Assembly (NCBI GenBank): GCA_963575745.1
Contig: CAUYUJ010000305.1
Span: forward strand, 1-64,000
From: Prorocentrum cordatum
Lineage: Eukaryota
DNA length: 64,000 nucleotides
Direction of reading: 5' to 3'
Part shown: one piece after another, positions 16,720-30,349 of the stretch
How positions within the stretch are numbered: the first letter of the stretch is position 1
Layout: each line of letters opens with the position of its first letter
Notes under the pieces: model-generated
Told to the model about the DNA's origin: nothing
What the model saw: the letters and a program-made list of their open reading frames with translations, nothing else
The model's database searches: none
Position numbers and translations under genes: made by a program

Positions 16720-17920
16720 GATTTCACAATTACAGTAAAATTGGAAATCTGTTCCGTGCGACCCTCATTGGGTTCGCCGCGATGATTTCCCAGAGGGCCC
16801 GTGCACCGCGTGGGACCGTGAGGTTCAGCGCCCAAAGGAAGAAACTGTCGGCCTGGGGATGGGCGTTTTTGATTTCACGATTACGATAAGATTGGAAATC
16901 GGTTCCATGCGACCCTCATTGGGTTCGCCGTATTGATTTCCCCAGAGGGCCCCTGCACCGCGCGGGGTCGTGAGGTTCAGCGCCAACACGAACAAACTTT
17001 CGACCAGGGGATGGGCGTTTTTGGCATCCGACCTGTCCTTTGCCGCATGCGGCGCATCTCTGTTCTGCGGCTTCCGATCGAGACTTCCCTACATGCTCTT
17101 GAGGACTGCCGTTCTAGATTTTCTCGCATGCGTTCGGCGCTTCCGACGTTGCATCAGCCTTGGGCCACGGAGCATCCAGGCGGCGAGGATACACGCGTCG
17201 CCGTCGCACGTTTCTTTTCGGGGTTCTCACCGTTGGGTCGGGAGACGCACGGCGCCGGCGCACTGGCGTTTTTGGCGTCCGACCTGTCCTTTGCCGCATG
17301 CGGCGCATTTCTTTTCTGCGGCTTCCGCTCGAGACCTCCTCGCATGCTCTTGAGGACTGCCCTTCAAGATTTTCTCGCATTCGCTCGGCGCTTCCGCCGT
17401 TGCATCAGCCTTGGGCCACGCAGCATCCAGGCGGCGAGGATACACGCGTCCTCGTCGCACGTTTCTTTTCGGGGTTTTCACCGTTGGGTCGGGAGACGCA
17501 AGGCGCCGGCGCACTGGGCGTTTTTTGGCATCCGACCTGTCCTTTGCCGCATGCGGCACATCTCTTTTCTGCGGCTTCCGATCGAGACTTCCCCGCATGC
17601 CTTTGAGGGCTACCGTTCGAGATTTCCTCGCATGCGCTCGGCGCTTCCGACGTTGCATCAGCCTTGGGCCACGCAACATCCAGGCGGCGAGGATACACAC
17701 GTCCGCGTCGCACGTTTCTTTTCGGGGTTCTCACCATTGGGTCGGGAGACGCAAGGCGCTGGTGCACTGGGCGCTTTTGATTTCACGATTCCGCTAATTT
17801 TGGAAATCGTTTCCGTGCGACCATCATTGGGTTCGCCGCTATGATTTCCCAGAGGGCCCGTGCACCGCGTGGGACCGTGAGGTTCAGCGCCGAGAGGAAA
17901 AAACTTTCGGCCTGGGGATG
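16720..17920. repeat. Composite tandem repeat: two ~150-bp units, three ~252-bp units, one ~150-bp unit
   Basis: 252-bp units start at ~17014, 17266 and 17517. 150-bp units (GATTTCAC..TTGGAAATC..GCGACCCTCATTGGGTTCGCC..CCCAGAGGGCCC) start at ~16720, 16871 and 17779. Confidence 0.9.
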
Positions 17921-18456
17921 TATTCTCGGCCGCCGAGGGCGCAACCTACGGCGCAACCTGTAGGAGACGGTCCTACTCTCGGCCGTGAGGGCGCAACCTG
18001 TGGCACAACCGATAGGAGACGGTTACGTTCTCGGCCGGCGAGGGCACGACCCATGGCGACACCAATCAGAGACGGCTTTGTTCTCAGACGCCTGAGGGCG
18101 CAATCTGCGGCGCAACCGAGGAGGAGGAGGAGGTGGAGGAGGAGGTGGAGGGCGAGGGGGAGGAGGAGATGGAGGAGGAGGAGGAGGAGGAGGAGGAGGG
18201 CGGAAGGGGGAGGGGGAGGGGGAGGAGGAGGAGGAGGAGGAGGCGGAGGAGGAGGAGAAGGAGGAGGAGGAGGAGGAGGAACAGGAGGGGAAGGAAAAGG
18301 AGGAGGAGGATGGGGGGAGGAGGAGTAGGTGGAGGAGGAGGAGGACGTGTCGCCTAAGCCCTTCGGAACAACCCTCCAAAAGGAGGATCGGGCTGGAATC
18401 GGCGACGCATCGCCGATTGATCGGCGATGGGCCCTCGATGGCGCAGCCGTGCGCTC

Positions 18457-18520
18457 CTGGGCGAGGTGGGCAGTTGGGCCTTTGTCGGCGTTGAATGACC
18501 GGTTGCGGGTCGACGCGCCC
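18457..18520 (-). CDS. Candidate exon (+GASTRNRSFNADKGPTAHLAQ)
   Basis: GAG|G acceptor and CAG|GA donor; 64 nt restores phase 0 after 18770-18819. Confidence 0.35.
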
Positions 18521-18769
18521 CTCCCCCGTGAGCCTCTCTCCCCCTGACGTTGCCCCGTGGCTGAGGGATCAAAACGAAGGGGCCTTGGGACACACAAATA
18601 CATACACACAAATAACCGGATTCCCGTATATTTTCCCATATTTTCTGGGTTTTGTCTCCCCCCCCATTTCCAATACTTCCCCATGTGTTCCTGGGAAACG
18701 ACGATTAGTTGCGTTTGTGTGTTTTCCCTCCTGGCAAACTTCGGCTCTTCTGCGGTCGTGCGGGAATAC

Positions 18770-18819
18770 CTGGGCACTCCCGGAACGCCCTCGGCAAGGT
18801 GCAGCCGCTGGAACGCCTC
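18770..18819 (-). CDS. Candidate exon (EAFQRLHLAEGVPGVP+)
   Basis: CAG|G acceptor and CAG|GT donor; its phase-2 end is compatible with the next candidate. Confidence 0.4.
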
Positions 18820-21800
18820 CTGAGACTGGCAAGCCGCCCAAAACCAAGGAAAACGCGTGAAAACCTCGGGCCTCGAGACCGACACCTCTCCCCCTGAGCC
18901 CACCCCTCCCTGACGTTGTCCAGGATCTCTCCGCGGGCCCTCGCCGCCGCTGCCTCCCCACCCTCGCTGGGGCGACCTGGCAGGCTGCACCCTCCTCCAG
19001 CACGGGCTCTCCTGACGGCGGGGCCGGCCGCCGTGGTGCCAGTGAGACGTCGTCGGCGGGGGGGGGGGGCCCACATGATTCGCTGCGCTCACACCAACCG
19101 CCCGTCCGCCTGCTGATGGCGTCTGCACCAGCAATCCCGCATGCGCTCGCCCCACAATGTATAGCCTGAGTAGCGGGCCGACCGCCCGCTGTGACACTGC
19201 ATTTACTTCACATAATCGCTGAAACACCAGAGGAACGGTGAAGGTGAGATCCGACCGGCGGGGCTGCTGAGGACGGGCCTTGAGGGAGAGAGAGAGGAGG
19301 CGAGGGAGCTTCTCCTCTGAATTAACGCCCGTTTTGCAAGGGGCAACGCTATGGGAGGTTGATCGTGAAGTTCAAGATCATGAAGCACTCGCCCCCGAAT
19401 CGCCGAGGACTTTGTGGGTCCACCACTAAGCGACACGACGTCGCCGGGAGACAGGGAAGGGTTGGAGAAGGATAGAAGGGGGTCGAAAAAGTAGAGGTGG
19501 AGAGATCGGTAGATGAGTTCGGGGAAAAAACGGGGAAGTCTCGGAGAAACGACGGGGGGGGAAGAGCAGGACGTGAAGTTGCGCATGGGGACCGGGAAAT
19601 CCACTTCCGGCAAACGGTTGAAGGATCGCAGGGCTGACCTTAAAAAGTGCGATTCTGGAAGGAATGCAACTCTTCCTCCTCCCACCAATCGCAAGTCGGC
19701 CGGTCTGGTTGCACCCCGATAGTTGGACGCTCACAGTGGGCACGGACAACATGGGCACGAGGCCCAACATTCAATGTTGTCCGAAGCCGACAGCGGCCGC
19801 TGTTGGGCAAGCGGCCTTCTGTCTGAAACGGACAACGTCCTTTGCGACACCGACAGCGAGTCCTGTTGTCGGTCCGTGTGCCCATTCTTTCCGTATCCCT
19901 GTCGATCGTCCCGAGGATGGGGGGATGGGGGCGAAATTGGAGGGGGCCGAAAGGTCCGAACTGGTCGGGGCCCAAGACGGCCAGCCAAGAGACGGGATGA
20001 AACCCAAACTGGTCAACATCGTTCCCGAAATCCTTCCCAGGATCCATTTCGTGCAGTTGTTCACCTTGGATCCGTCTCTGACGACCCCTGGGCCCGAAAG
20101 CTGCCCGTGGAAACCGAAAATTAAGGTACCGAAAACTTTCCCGAATCCAAAACCTCGAACCTGTCCGCCCTTCCTGCTGGCCGCAACCAGTGCTGGGCCA
20201 CCTGGGACCTCCAGCCAGTTTTGTGGATGCCACGACAGCGAACGCCATTACAAACTGTATAATGTGTTTACAATGTAAGAACGATTGTCTGAACATGGTT
20301 CACATTTTCCTACTGTTAAAAAATTTAACACATTTTTAAACGCATGGAACTTTTTCGGCGACATGCTTCCTCTCCGTTGGTCGCCCTCCACAATGTTGGC
20401 CGCGGCCCGCACTGGGCCACCAGAGACCTCCAGCCGGTTCCAGGGGCGAGTCGCCCCATGGGCCGCGCAGGGCGAACGAACGCAGCCATCTGCGATTTGC
20501 GAGCACCTTTCGGTCGCGGCCTGGCCGATCCACTCGGGGTCGACTATCGCTGTGGGTGGCACGACAATGGACACCCTAACAGTCCGCTCATTGAGTTTTA
20601 ATGTGTCTAAAATGTAGAATTCATGTTCTAAACATGTTTTAAATGCGCTTCTTACACCGTAGGGGGTCGAGAAGGGGATCGACTACACTATCGACGGACC
20701 CCCAAAATTAGTCCGTTCGCCGGATATACGAAGTAAGCTCCGTTGATCCATGGAGCAAGGCGCACGTGGTTCACAGCTTCGCCTGTAAATTGATTTGCGG
20801 GGTTCGCCAGTTCTGTAGTCGATCCCCGATTCGAGGTTGGGCCGCCCCCGAACGTCGGGGACAGCCTCGCCGCGTCGCGCGTCCGCCCGCCACCGCAGAA
20901 GACGCCGGTGCCCCCTGCAGCGCGGCTTGGACACGCTCGGCCGACGCCGAGCGCGTCCTGCCCCGCGCCTCCCAGCCCCAGCGATGTTCTATGCAAAATC
21001 TTCAGAGGCCGACTAGATGGGGCCCGCGTAGACGGGGCCGGAGGATCGCGCTGCGTCGCCGACGCATCGGCGACGCGTCGGCGACGCGTCGGCGACGCGT
21101 CGGCGACGCGCCGGCGATGCGTCGTCGACTCTGGCGATGCGTCGGCGACGTCGCCGCGAAGCGGCCCAGGCCCCGCGCCGAGCCGCGTCGGCGACGCGTC
21201 GGCGACGCGGCTCAGACACCTGCACGCCTGGAGAGAATGTCAGATTACAGCAGTTCGCGCGCGTAGCTCCATGAACTGGTTTCGGAATCTGGCCCCGGCC
21301 AAACTGGCCCACCACATTTTCTGCGGGCGCCGGACTCCGCGGTCAGTTCCGCGCGCGCTCGCGCGCCAGCTGCTGCGTTTCAAGACTCTGGCCTTCACCG
21401 CCCTTCCCTGCCGCGAACGCCCTGTCTTAGCGCGCCTTCGCGCCCGAGTTCTCGACCAGCGCGGGGCGGCGACGCCGCGGGTGTGTCCTCGCGCAGCTGC
21501 TGGGCGCGGCCGCAGAAGATCTCCCCTACTTCGCCCCCGTTGCCGATCGCCGTGTCCCGGCCCCACTTCGTCTTGTTCGACTGGGAGGGGGCCGGTGCCG
21601 AGGGGCGCCCGTTAGGTTCCTCCGAAAGCATCCCCGAACCCACGAACCATTCTGCCTTTCGCACGCCTGCGCCGATCATTAGTTCTCCGTGGGTTCGTGG
21701 ACTCGGACTCCATTACCTGAGGTTCCCCTTGCCCAGTCCGCGCAGGAGCCGATGTCCCAGTTGACCACCAGCCTGCGCAGGTCGGAGGTCCTTTTCGGCG

Positions 21801-23433
21801 GTCCACGGCAGCAAGTAGCCTGCTAGAAGCTGCTGTTTCGAAAGGGCCAGAGCGAGCTTGGCCTTGTTCTTCTTGCTCTGGTCCTGCTCTGGCTCCTCTC
21901 GCCCCCAACGGGATGCAGCATTCACCCCGGGGTGCGCTCGTGAGCCTGCACGTTGGCCTCGTGCACGCTCACGCTGCCCATCATGGTGTCGAACGCGGCC
22001 TCGGGCTTGCGCACCCAGTGGCCTCCGTCTGGGCGGTCGTCGTCGGGCACGAGGATGTCGCCCGTGCTTCGGAACAACGACCTGCTGGGAGTCGGCCCCC
22101 GCTTGCAAAGAATATCACTTTCACCCGCTCTGTTTCGGAAAAGCAAGCAAACCCATGGAACAAACTGCTGGAGGATTGAACCGGCGGGACAGACCCGTGG
22201 ACCCTTATCCATGAACTTACCCCACCAATCAGCAGAGTAGAGCTGAGATTTCATTTCCTGGCGCGCCTTGGTCCTCGCAGCTCCCAGGCGCCGCATGTAC
22301 ACTGAGAGTTCGTCATGTCGGCGATGGATCAGCGACGTCGGCGATGCATCGGCGATGTCGGCGTGGAGAAACACGGGCTCCACATCGAACCGCATCGGCG
22401 CTCGGCGATGCATCGGCGATGCGGCGCGATCCTCCGACCCCGGCAACTGCGTCCCCATCTATGAAGCCTGGAATTACCGCTACCGCTACCGTTGTTCCCC
22501 GGGCCTCTCCCGGGGTGCGATTTGACCAGGAGGTCGAGGGCGAATCCAGCGGCGGCGGCGGCGAGGGCCTCCCGGGAGGCCCAAGAAGGGGAAAACGAGG
22601 GACAGGTTGTGGTATCGGCGCTCTTTCCTAGGTCGGGTCTGTCCTCCTACAGGCGGATCTTGGACGAAAAATTAAAAATAGTCAAAACGATTCCAACATT
22701 GACATGAATATTTGAAACATCGTCCCGAGAGTACTGTTTCACTAATTTTGCATAATCCTCCCATAGAACAGCCAGACTTAAACCGCTTCCTCCCTTCGAC
22801 CCCCCCCCAAGGCGGCCTCTCCTCCTGGGATCTGCACCAAGGCTTGCTGCGTGCACGGAGGCGGCATGGGCGCGTGGTTCCTGCGGCGCCCAGGGCAGAA
22901 GCCGACCCCTCCCGCTCCCAGTTGGTGTGCCGCGGGCAGGCGGCGGCACCGCGTACAGGCCAGCAGCACATTGGGGAGAAGAGGAACGAGGATGCAACGC
23001 AGCTGCTGAGGGGCCCAAGGGCACACAAATAAAGAAACACAACTCCTGGGCATCCAAATACCTCCCAGATGTTCTTGATGTTCGTCCTCGCCTCCGCCAC
23101 GCCCTGGGGACTCGACGGTCAGTTGTTTCTGCGTGTTTTCCCCCGATGAGCTGCGCAGTGGCAACCTGTCGGATCAGGGCACCAAGAGTGACAGAAATGT
23201 CTACATGACCAGGTCAGCGCGACAATATACCAGCCCACTGACGCGACGAAACACATGTCCCCAGCGCGGCAATGAACGATTCCGCGAATTGCCAAAACAC
23301 AGCCGCTCCAGGGGCCCAGAGCCTGGTGGTCGTCGGCGCGCGGAGGCACATCTGGCGGGAGGGTGAGAAGACCGAGATGTGCTGCATACTTAGATGTATA
23401 CACGCTTCAGCAACATGTGCGGTCGGACGTCGT

Positions 23434-23568
23434 TGGACAGGACACGCGAGAGAACACAATACCCTTCCGAGGGCCACATCGCCACAGAGATGCAGGAGAC
23501 ACGGGTCGCAAGACACAAAACACGAGGGTACCCTTGATCTGGCAGGGTCGACCTACTAATCCGGGCCG
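23434..23568 (+). repeat. Dispersed ~135-bp repeat family (also ~29688-29850, 30047-30170, 31130-31262)
   Basis: GGACAGGACACGCGAGAG..CACAA..CTTCCGAGGGCC...CCCTTGAT(C/T)TGGCAGGG(T/C)CGACCTACT. Confidence 0.8.
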
Positions 23569-24119
23569 CCTGTATGCATGCGTGTTTGTGTGTGTGTGTG
23601 TGCTCGTTCGCACTTTAAGCTCACGAGCCAAGGTGCGCAACTGCAACTGCCACAGAGCTCTGCCCCTGGGCGCTCCATCGAGACACTGAGGGCCGATGCC
23701 ACTGACAGGCGCACTGGGGCCGCTGTTGCAGTGGACCCCGACAGAACGCGACACCATCGAGCAACCCGGGCCGACTCCAGTGCGGGCGCTCGGCTCGCTA
23801 GAGCTCCCAGGCTCCCAGGCACTCGGCTCACTGGATACTCGTCCAAGGGCTAGGCCGAAGCCCTGTATCAGCACGGCCTACCCAATAAACAACATCGGTC
23901 CGTCCGACCAAGCCACCTCGGAATGCACACGCCACCCGGAACAAATGTTCAATAACCCTATGCCCCAGATAACCACATCCGGTGGATAGTACGTTCATCG
24001 CCTGGGCAATTCGTATGTACGATGGGATGTCCGTATGGTATAATGACACCTTGGTCGCCCTGGCGGGGCCTCCTTGGAGGGGGTCTTATGCGTAGAACGA
24101 GTACGAGAAGCATCACAAC

Positions 24120-24218
24120 TAGTAGTCACCGTCATCGTCGTAGTCAGCGTAGTAGTAGTAGTCGTCGTCGTCGTCGTCGTCCTGGCCGTCGTAATAGTAA
24201 TAATAGTAGTAGTAGTAA

Positions 24219-24281
<63 letters not shown>

Positions 24282-24288
24282 CAGTAGC

Positions 24289-24344
<56 letters not shown>

Positions 24345-24405
24345 CGTTAGTAATAATAGTCGTAGTGGTAGTAGTAGTCGTAGTAGTCGTAGTAGTAGTC
24401 GTAGC

Positions 24406-24493
<88 letters not shown>

Positions 24494-24510
24494 TTCGTAG
24501 TAGTAGTAGA

Positions 24511-24549
<39 letters not shown>

Positions 24550-24871
24550 CGTAGTAGTAGTAGTAGTGGTAGTAGTAATAATAGTGGTAGTAGTAATAAT
24601 GATAGTCGTAGCCGTAGTAGTGGTATTAAGATCCGTGGTAATCGTAATAAAGGATGGTCTCGTATAGTACAATACAATGCAGTAGCGTATATACACAACT
24701 GCACAGTCGTAGCTAAAATAGTAGTGAAAATAGAAGAAGTAAAAATAATAATAGTCGTTTTAGTGAGATTCGTGCAGATAAAAATAAGGTTGCTAATCAT
24801 AAGAGTAGTCGTAGCCGTAGTGCACGTAATCAGATAGTCGTAGTCGTAGTAATAGTAGTAGGCGTAGCAAC

Positions 24872-24916
<45 letters not shown>

Positions 24917-25165
24917 ATAGTAATAGTAATAGTAGTAGTAAAACTGAAAATAATAGCAGTCGTAAGAATAGTCGTGGAAATCGTAATGGTGGTCGTGCTC
25001 GTCGTAATATTAGTAGCCGTCGTCGCCACAATACTCGTCGTCGCAGCAGTAGTCGTAGTATTAGTTGTACGAGTAGTACTAATAATAAAAAGAATCGCGT
25101 TGGCCGTAGCATTAAAAGTAATACCATATTTGGTAAGAGTCGTCGAAATAGTAGCAGTAGTAGCC

Positions 25166-25201
<36 letters not shown>

Positions 25202-25254
25202 ATAGTAATAGTAGTAGTAGTAGTAGTAGTAGTAGCAGTAGTAGTAGTAGCAGC

Positions 25255-25290
<36 letters not shown>

Positions 25291-25589
25291 CGTAGTGGTA
25301 GTAATAGTCGCCGTAGTAGTAGTAGTAGTAGTAGCAACAGTCGTAAGATTAGTGATAGCAGTAGTAGTGATAGTAAGAATAAAAATAGTCGTCGTAGTGG
25401 CAATAGGAGTAGACGTAATATGTTTTGCAATAATCAGAACCGTAGTGATCGTAATGATAATAATAATAATCGTAGTAGTCGTAGAAGCCGTAGTAGTAAA
25501 TCGTAGAAGTCGTGGCAGTAGTAGTAGTAGTAGTAGTAGTAGCAGTAGCAGTAGTAGGCGTTCTCGTAGTAGTAGTAATAGTAGTAGCC

Positions 25590-25647
<58 letters not shown>

Positions 25648-25719
25648 CCGTAGTACTAGCAGTCGTACTCGTAGTAGTAGTAGTAGTAGAAGTAGTAGTA
25701 GTAGTAGTAGTAGTCGTAC

Positions 25720-25756
<37 letters not shown>

Positions 25757-25757
25757 C

Positions 25758-25821
<64 letters not shown>

Positions 25822-25952
25822 TAGTAGTAGTAGTCGTCGTAGTCGTAGTAGTCGTCGTAGTCGTAGTAGCCGTAGTAGTAGTAATAGTCGCAGTAGTAGT
25901 GATAAGATTAGTAGTGGAAGTCGTAGTAGCAGCAGTAGAAATAGTATAGTAA
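24120..25952. repeat. Long degenerate (TAG)n microsatellite field
   Basis: Directly visible. Confidence 0.97.
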
Positions 25953-25957
25953 TACAT

Positions 25958-26412
25958 GGCACACCGCAGATGCGGATAAGAGTGAGGGGGCGGTGGGGAC
26001 GTCGGCAGCCTGCGAGACTCTGGAGAAGCCCGCCGCAGGCGTCGAGGTTTCACACATGATACAAAGAGCCCGCCGCAGGCGCCGAATTCTTCCGGTAAAC
26101 CAATGTAGGTAGGTCGCGAGTGGGTCGCAAATGGGTCGCGGGTGGGTTGTTGGTGGGTCGCGGGTGGGTCGCGGGGTGGGTCGCGGGTGGGTCGCAAGTG
26201 GATCGCAGGTGGGTCGCGGATTGGTCGCGGATGGGTCGATGATGGGTCGTGGCTGGGTCGCGGCTAGGTCGTTGTTGGGTCGCGGGTGGGTTGCGGGTGG
26301 GTCGCGGGTGGGTCGCGGGGTGGGTCGCGGGTGGGTCGCAAGTGGGTCGCGGGGTGGGTCGCGGGGGGGGGTCGCGTGTGGATCGCGGGTGGGACGACGA
26401 CAAGAAACAACG

Positions 26413-26449
<37 letters not shown>

Positions 26450-26549
26450 CGCAACGAGCACAATCCTCACCACAGATCCCCACTTCAGCCACGCACCCAA
26501 GGACAATGAATGCCCATTCGCTCCCCTCAATCTCAGAAAAAAAAAAAAA
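25958..26549 (+). mobile_element. SINE-like element with a (GGGTGGGTCGC)n core and A-rich end (relatives at ~12245-12380, ~14140-14345, and inverted ~31825-32010)
   Basis: Conserved GCAC(A/C)CCGCAGATGCGGA..AAGAG head, 11-12-bp minisatellite, (CAA)n, conserved CCACGCACCCA(A/G)GG(A/T)CA tail, and an A-run at ~26537-26549. Confidence 0.55.
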
Positions 26550-27934
26550 CACAAACTAGTAACGCTGGTGCTTAGTGTGGAGAGAAGGGAGCGGAGGGCA
26601 GGGGAGGGAGGGTGAGAGAGGAGGGAGGGGAAGAAAGGTGGGAAGGGAGGGGAGGGGAGGGATGCGCCAGATCCGGTTTTCAGATAAATATCAAATTGGG
26701 GACCCCATATTCTCTTCTTGTAGAGCCTTTTTTGTTGAGTGCCAATGTGTAGGAGATCATGGTGGGCGGCTTCCGTTGAGAATAGTCCCCCGGGGTGCAC
26801 AAGTTTTTTGTCCTGGGATGAGAGAAGCCTGCCACCGTGAACGTCGCCGCGGTCGTGTCCTGAGGTCCGCCGTCGCGAGGAACGTGCGGCACCAAAGACA
26901 ATCGCGGCGGGCGCCCTGCAGACCGCACCGTTTCGGCGGCACTCCTCGTGCCAGGTCGATCCTCGCAGGCCCAGGGGCCGAGGGGCGACGACAGGGGGGG
27001 GATAGGTGCAAGGGGGACTGCATCGACCTCGGATGGCCTACCGTGGGGGCTCGACCACAGGAGGCCTTCCACAGGAGCCGCAGCCCTGACACGCCAGGAC
27101 GTCCGTTGCTATTCGGCGTGGGAGCGTCACGCTTTTCAAGAAACCCAAGGCACCCTGGAGGCAAGCAGGGTGTTTCTTGGCATGCGTCGTCACTGTTTAA
27201 ATCGCCCATATATCGTCGATACGTGGTCGAATCAGACCGCCCCATGTGCTGTCTTTACGTCGCCGATACATCGCCCTGGCATACACACACATATATATAT
27301 ATATACATACATACATACATACGTACATACATACATACATACATACATGCATACCCCGATCTAGGTATGTGTGTATCAAAACTGTCTACATACATATATA
27401 TAGAGAGAGAGAGAAAGAGAAAGAGAGAAGGAGAGAAAGAGCGGGAAACAATGTATCAACCGTTCCAGGTCGACGCATCCCCCCCTATGCCTAATCCCCC
27501 CCCCCCCCGACGTTGCCCCCGAGGGGCCCGAATTAATTAGGGCCCGGGCGAGACCGACCCCGCCAGGTGCGAACACGCTGCGACGCCAAGCTCGCGGGGT
27601 GCCCTGCCAGCTGCCGGCTCTGATCCGTGGCCCAAAAAGGGCCTGGCCCGAACCCTTCCCCTGGAGGTTGGGGCTATCTTGAGGTCGGGCATGTCCTCCT
27701 GCGGATTCTGGAAGAAAAACGAATGAATCAAACAAGCATACGCAAATACATCCCAAAGGGCACGAGAAATCGAGTCCTCCTCCTCCTCCTCCTCCTCGTC
27801 CTGTTTGCTACTATTCTGGAATACTCCTCCTGCAGAAGGGCCTGCCGGACTCAAGGCTATCGGGCCCCTGTCGGCGAGGAGCGAGCGCTCGGGGCCCACG
27901 CGTCCCCCCTCCGGCGGGTCCCTCCCCCACTGGC

Positions 27935-28060
27935 TATCGCTCGGACGTCCATTCCCTGTGTTTTGTTTTCGGTTTCGTGCGCGGCTTTTTCGCAGGATGA
28001 TCCAGGATGCTCCGTAATAATCCCCGCCGAGAAAAGGTGCACACGTCCGAGCGATACCAA
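27935..28060. mobile_element. MITE family I (~130 bp; also ~10450-10575, ~11510-11632, ~40318-40445)
   Basis: TIRs ATCGCTCGGACGT and ACGTCCGAGCGAT; shared internal CCAGGATGCTCC...CGCCGAGAAAA. Confidence 0.75.
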
Positions 28061-29086
28061 GCCCACCGACGCTGACCCGGAGGCGTTATTCGCCCAGGAG
28101 CTCCCGCTGAGGACGGCCCCGGGGCCCAAGCACATGGCCTCCCGAGGCCGGGGAAGCGTCGTGGACGGCCAAGGAAAACGGACCCTCGGAGATCTCGGGG
28201 CGGCCGTCGCCGTCGCACGGGGACGTCCAACAGGGGGCCTCCGCAGATTATAAGAGGAAGAATTTCAAACCGTATAAACGCGCGGATTTCTTGGACTTGC
28301 GCTGGTCCCCCCTCCTTGGCGTGCGGAAAGCGCCAGGGGCGGCGCCGGAGGCGCTGCCGGGGGGCCCGGCGCGGATCCAAGAAATCCGCGCGGAGCGCCA
28401 ACAGTTCGTGCCTGTGGTTGTGGATGCCATGACAATGGACACTCTAGCAATCCGATCATGCGTTTTAAATGTGTAAAACATGTTATATACATGTTTCAAG
28501 CATGTTTTTACATATCTAAAGCATATGTGAAACATGTTTGGAAATTATTTGGCAGCATGCTTCCTCTCCATTAATCGACCTCCACACCCCTATGGCGCTT
28601 CTTCTTCTTCTTCTGCTTCTTCTTCTTCTTCCAGACCATGCCCTGGGGCATGCGCGCGGCCCAGGCGGCGGTCGGAGGACACACCGCAGGAAAAAAGTTG
28701 GGGAGGCGACGGGGGCCGGCAGACGCGAGCGGGGACGGGCGGCTCCAGAAGCTGCGAGAGTAGGCGAGCTCCCTCCCAGAGCCTGTCACCGCACTCCGGG
28801 GAGGCCTCCTGGCATCTGTCAGCCAAGATCCGGCGGTGGCCAGACCTCCCTTTGGTAAACCTCCCCTGAGTGAAAACGGCCTTGGACCGAAACCGACGGA
28901 CCTGGACCCGCAAAATGACGGCCGCGACGCCCTCTCGCGAACAAAAAACGGCCAATTCCTTAATCAACGTGTCAGGGTAGGAGGTCTATCAACCTCCGAA
29001 TGATACCCGTCCACCCACCCCCTGGTCAGCACACCCCGCTTGGCCGCCGCCGTCGCCGGCGCGGCCCCTCGGATTCCTCAACTCGT

Positions 29087-29274
29087 TGGAGATCCGACGA
29101 TGCGAGAGACACAATCGTGAATCTTTCAGGACGGGGTCCCGGGGCCCCATCTTTCTGCGCCGCCTGACGAGTCGGATGCATCCGACTCGACAAGTGGCAC
29201 GGAGAAAGATGGGGTCCAGGGCCCCCGTCGTGAAATGCTGCCGACGTTTTTTCTCGCAACGTCGGATCTCCAGC
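29087..29274. repeat. Foldback MITE (similar foldback/TIR elements at ~2208-2362, 30550-30758, 50530-50690, 54362-54558)
   Basis: TGGAGATCCGACG(A/T)TGCGAGA arms and the central palindrome GAGTCGGATGCATCCGACTC. Confidence 0.8.
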
Positions 29275-30178
29275 GTGGGTCGCGGGCTGGTTGTCGGGCC
29301 CTGGGACCATCACAGATTCATGGATCTGTGATGGTCCTGGGGTCCGAAACCCGGCGAAAATGAAGGGGCCCTGAGACACACAAATAAATACACACAAATA
29401 AAACGATTCCCCATATTTTTTAATTTTTTCTGGGTTTCTGTCTTCCCCCTACTTCCCATATTTTCCCATATTTTCCTGGGGATCGACGATTAATTGTGTC
29501 TGTGTGTTTCTTTCCCTCCTGAGAAAACGCCGGGCCAAAAACAGCATGGATGTCCGCCAGGATCTCATGGGGCCGCCCCCGCCGCCTTCCACCTCTCGGG
29601 CACCCCACGGGCGGGGATTCGGCCCGGGACCCACGATGCCGAAGAGGACCGGCGAGGGCTCCACAAATGGTACAGGCGGGTTATTGCGCACAGGACGCGC
29701 GACAGGACACAAGACTCTTCCGACGGCAACATGGCCTCCAAAACCACAGGAAGCAAGGGTAGCCTGCGCTTCGGCCGCAAAGGACACGACGCGCGATGCA
29801 CAGGACACAAGAGCACCCTTGATTTCGCAGGGCCGACCTACTAATGGAACCCGATTGTACGGACACATATGGGTACAATGCCCAACAACACATGTTGTCC
29901 CAAACCATCCGCGGCCGCCGTTGGGCAGGCGGCCTTCTGTCTCAGATGGACACAGACCGCGGCGGCGCGGACAGCGAGTCCCGTCCAACATCACCAAGGA
30001 CTGCTGCTGGGCATTGCGCCCACCCTTCCGGACAGTCGGACTTGATTGGACAGGGCACGCGAGAGGACACAAGACTCTTCCGAGGGCCGCATTGCCATAG
30101 GAGTGTAGGAGGCATTGGTCGCGAGGCACATGGCACGAAGGTGCCCTTGATTTGGCAGGGTCGACCTCTTTATATGAA

Positions 30179-30349
30179 CGGGCGAAGAACGGTATAAAAT
30201 TAACTTTTTCGCCGTCGGGGACACCTGCCCCAGCGCGGCTGGAAAGTTTATACCCTTACGGTGGCACCATAGGGGTATAAACTTTCCAGCCGCCCAGGGG
30301 CAGGTGTCCCCGACGGCGGATAAGTTTATTTTATACCGTTCTTCGCTCG
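30179..30349. repeat. Near-perfect ~170-bp foldback (hairpin MITE)
   Basis: GCGAAGAACGGTATAAAAT...GGCTGGAAAGTTTATACCC pairs with GGGTATAAACTTTCCAGCC...ATTTTATACCGTTCTTCGC around a very short loop. Confidence 0.9.

Noticed and set aside
16933..17844. 303-aa ORF with an internal triplication
   Set aside because: Produced by the 252-bp tandem repeat; the frame changes between units and there are no domain motifs.
28720..28808. Peptide ECGDRLWEGARLLSQLL resembling the first motif of METTL21/Methyltransf_16 lysine methyltransferases
   Set aside because: No downstream exon with the ELGxGxG SAM-binding motif was found; one short motif is not enough.
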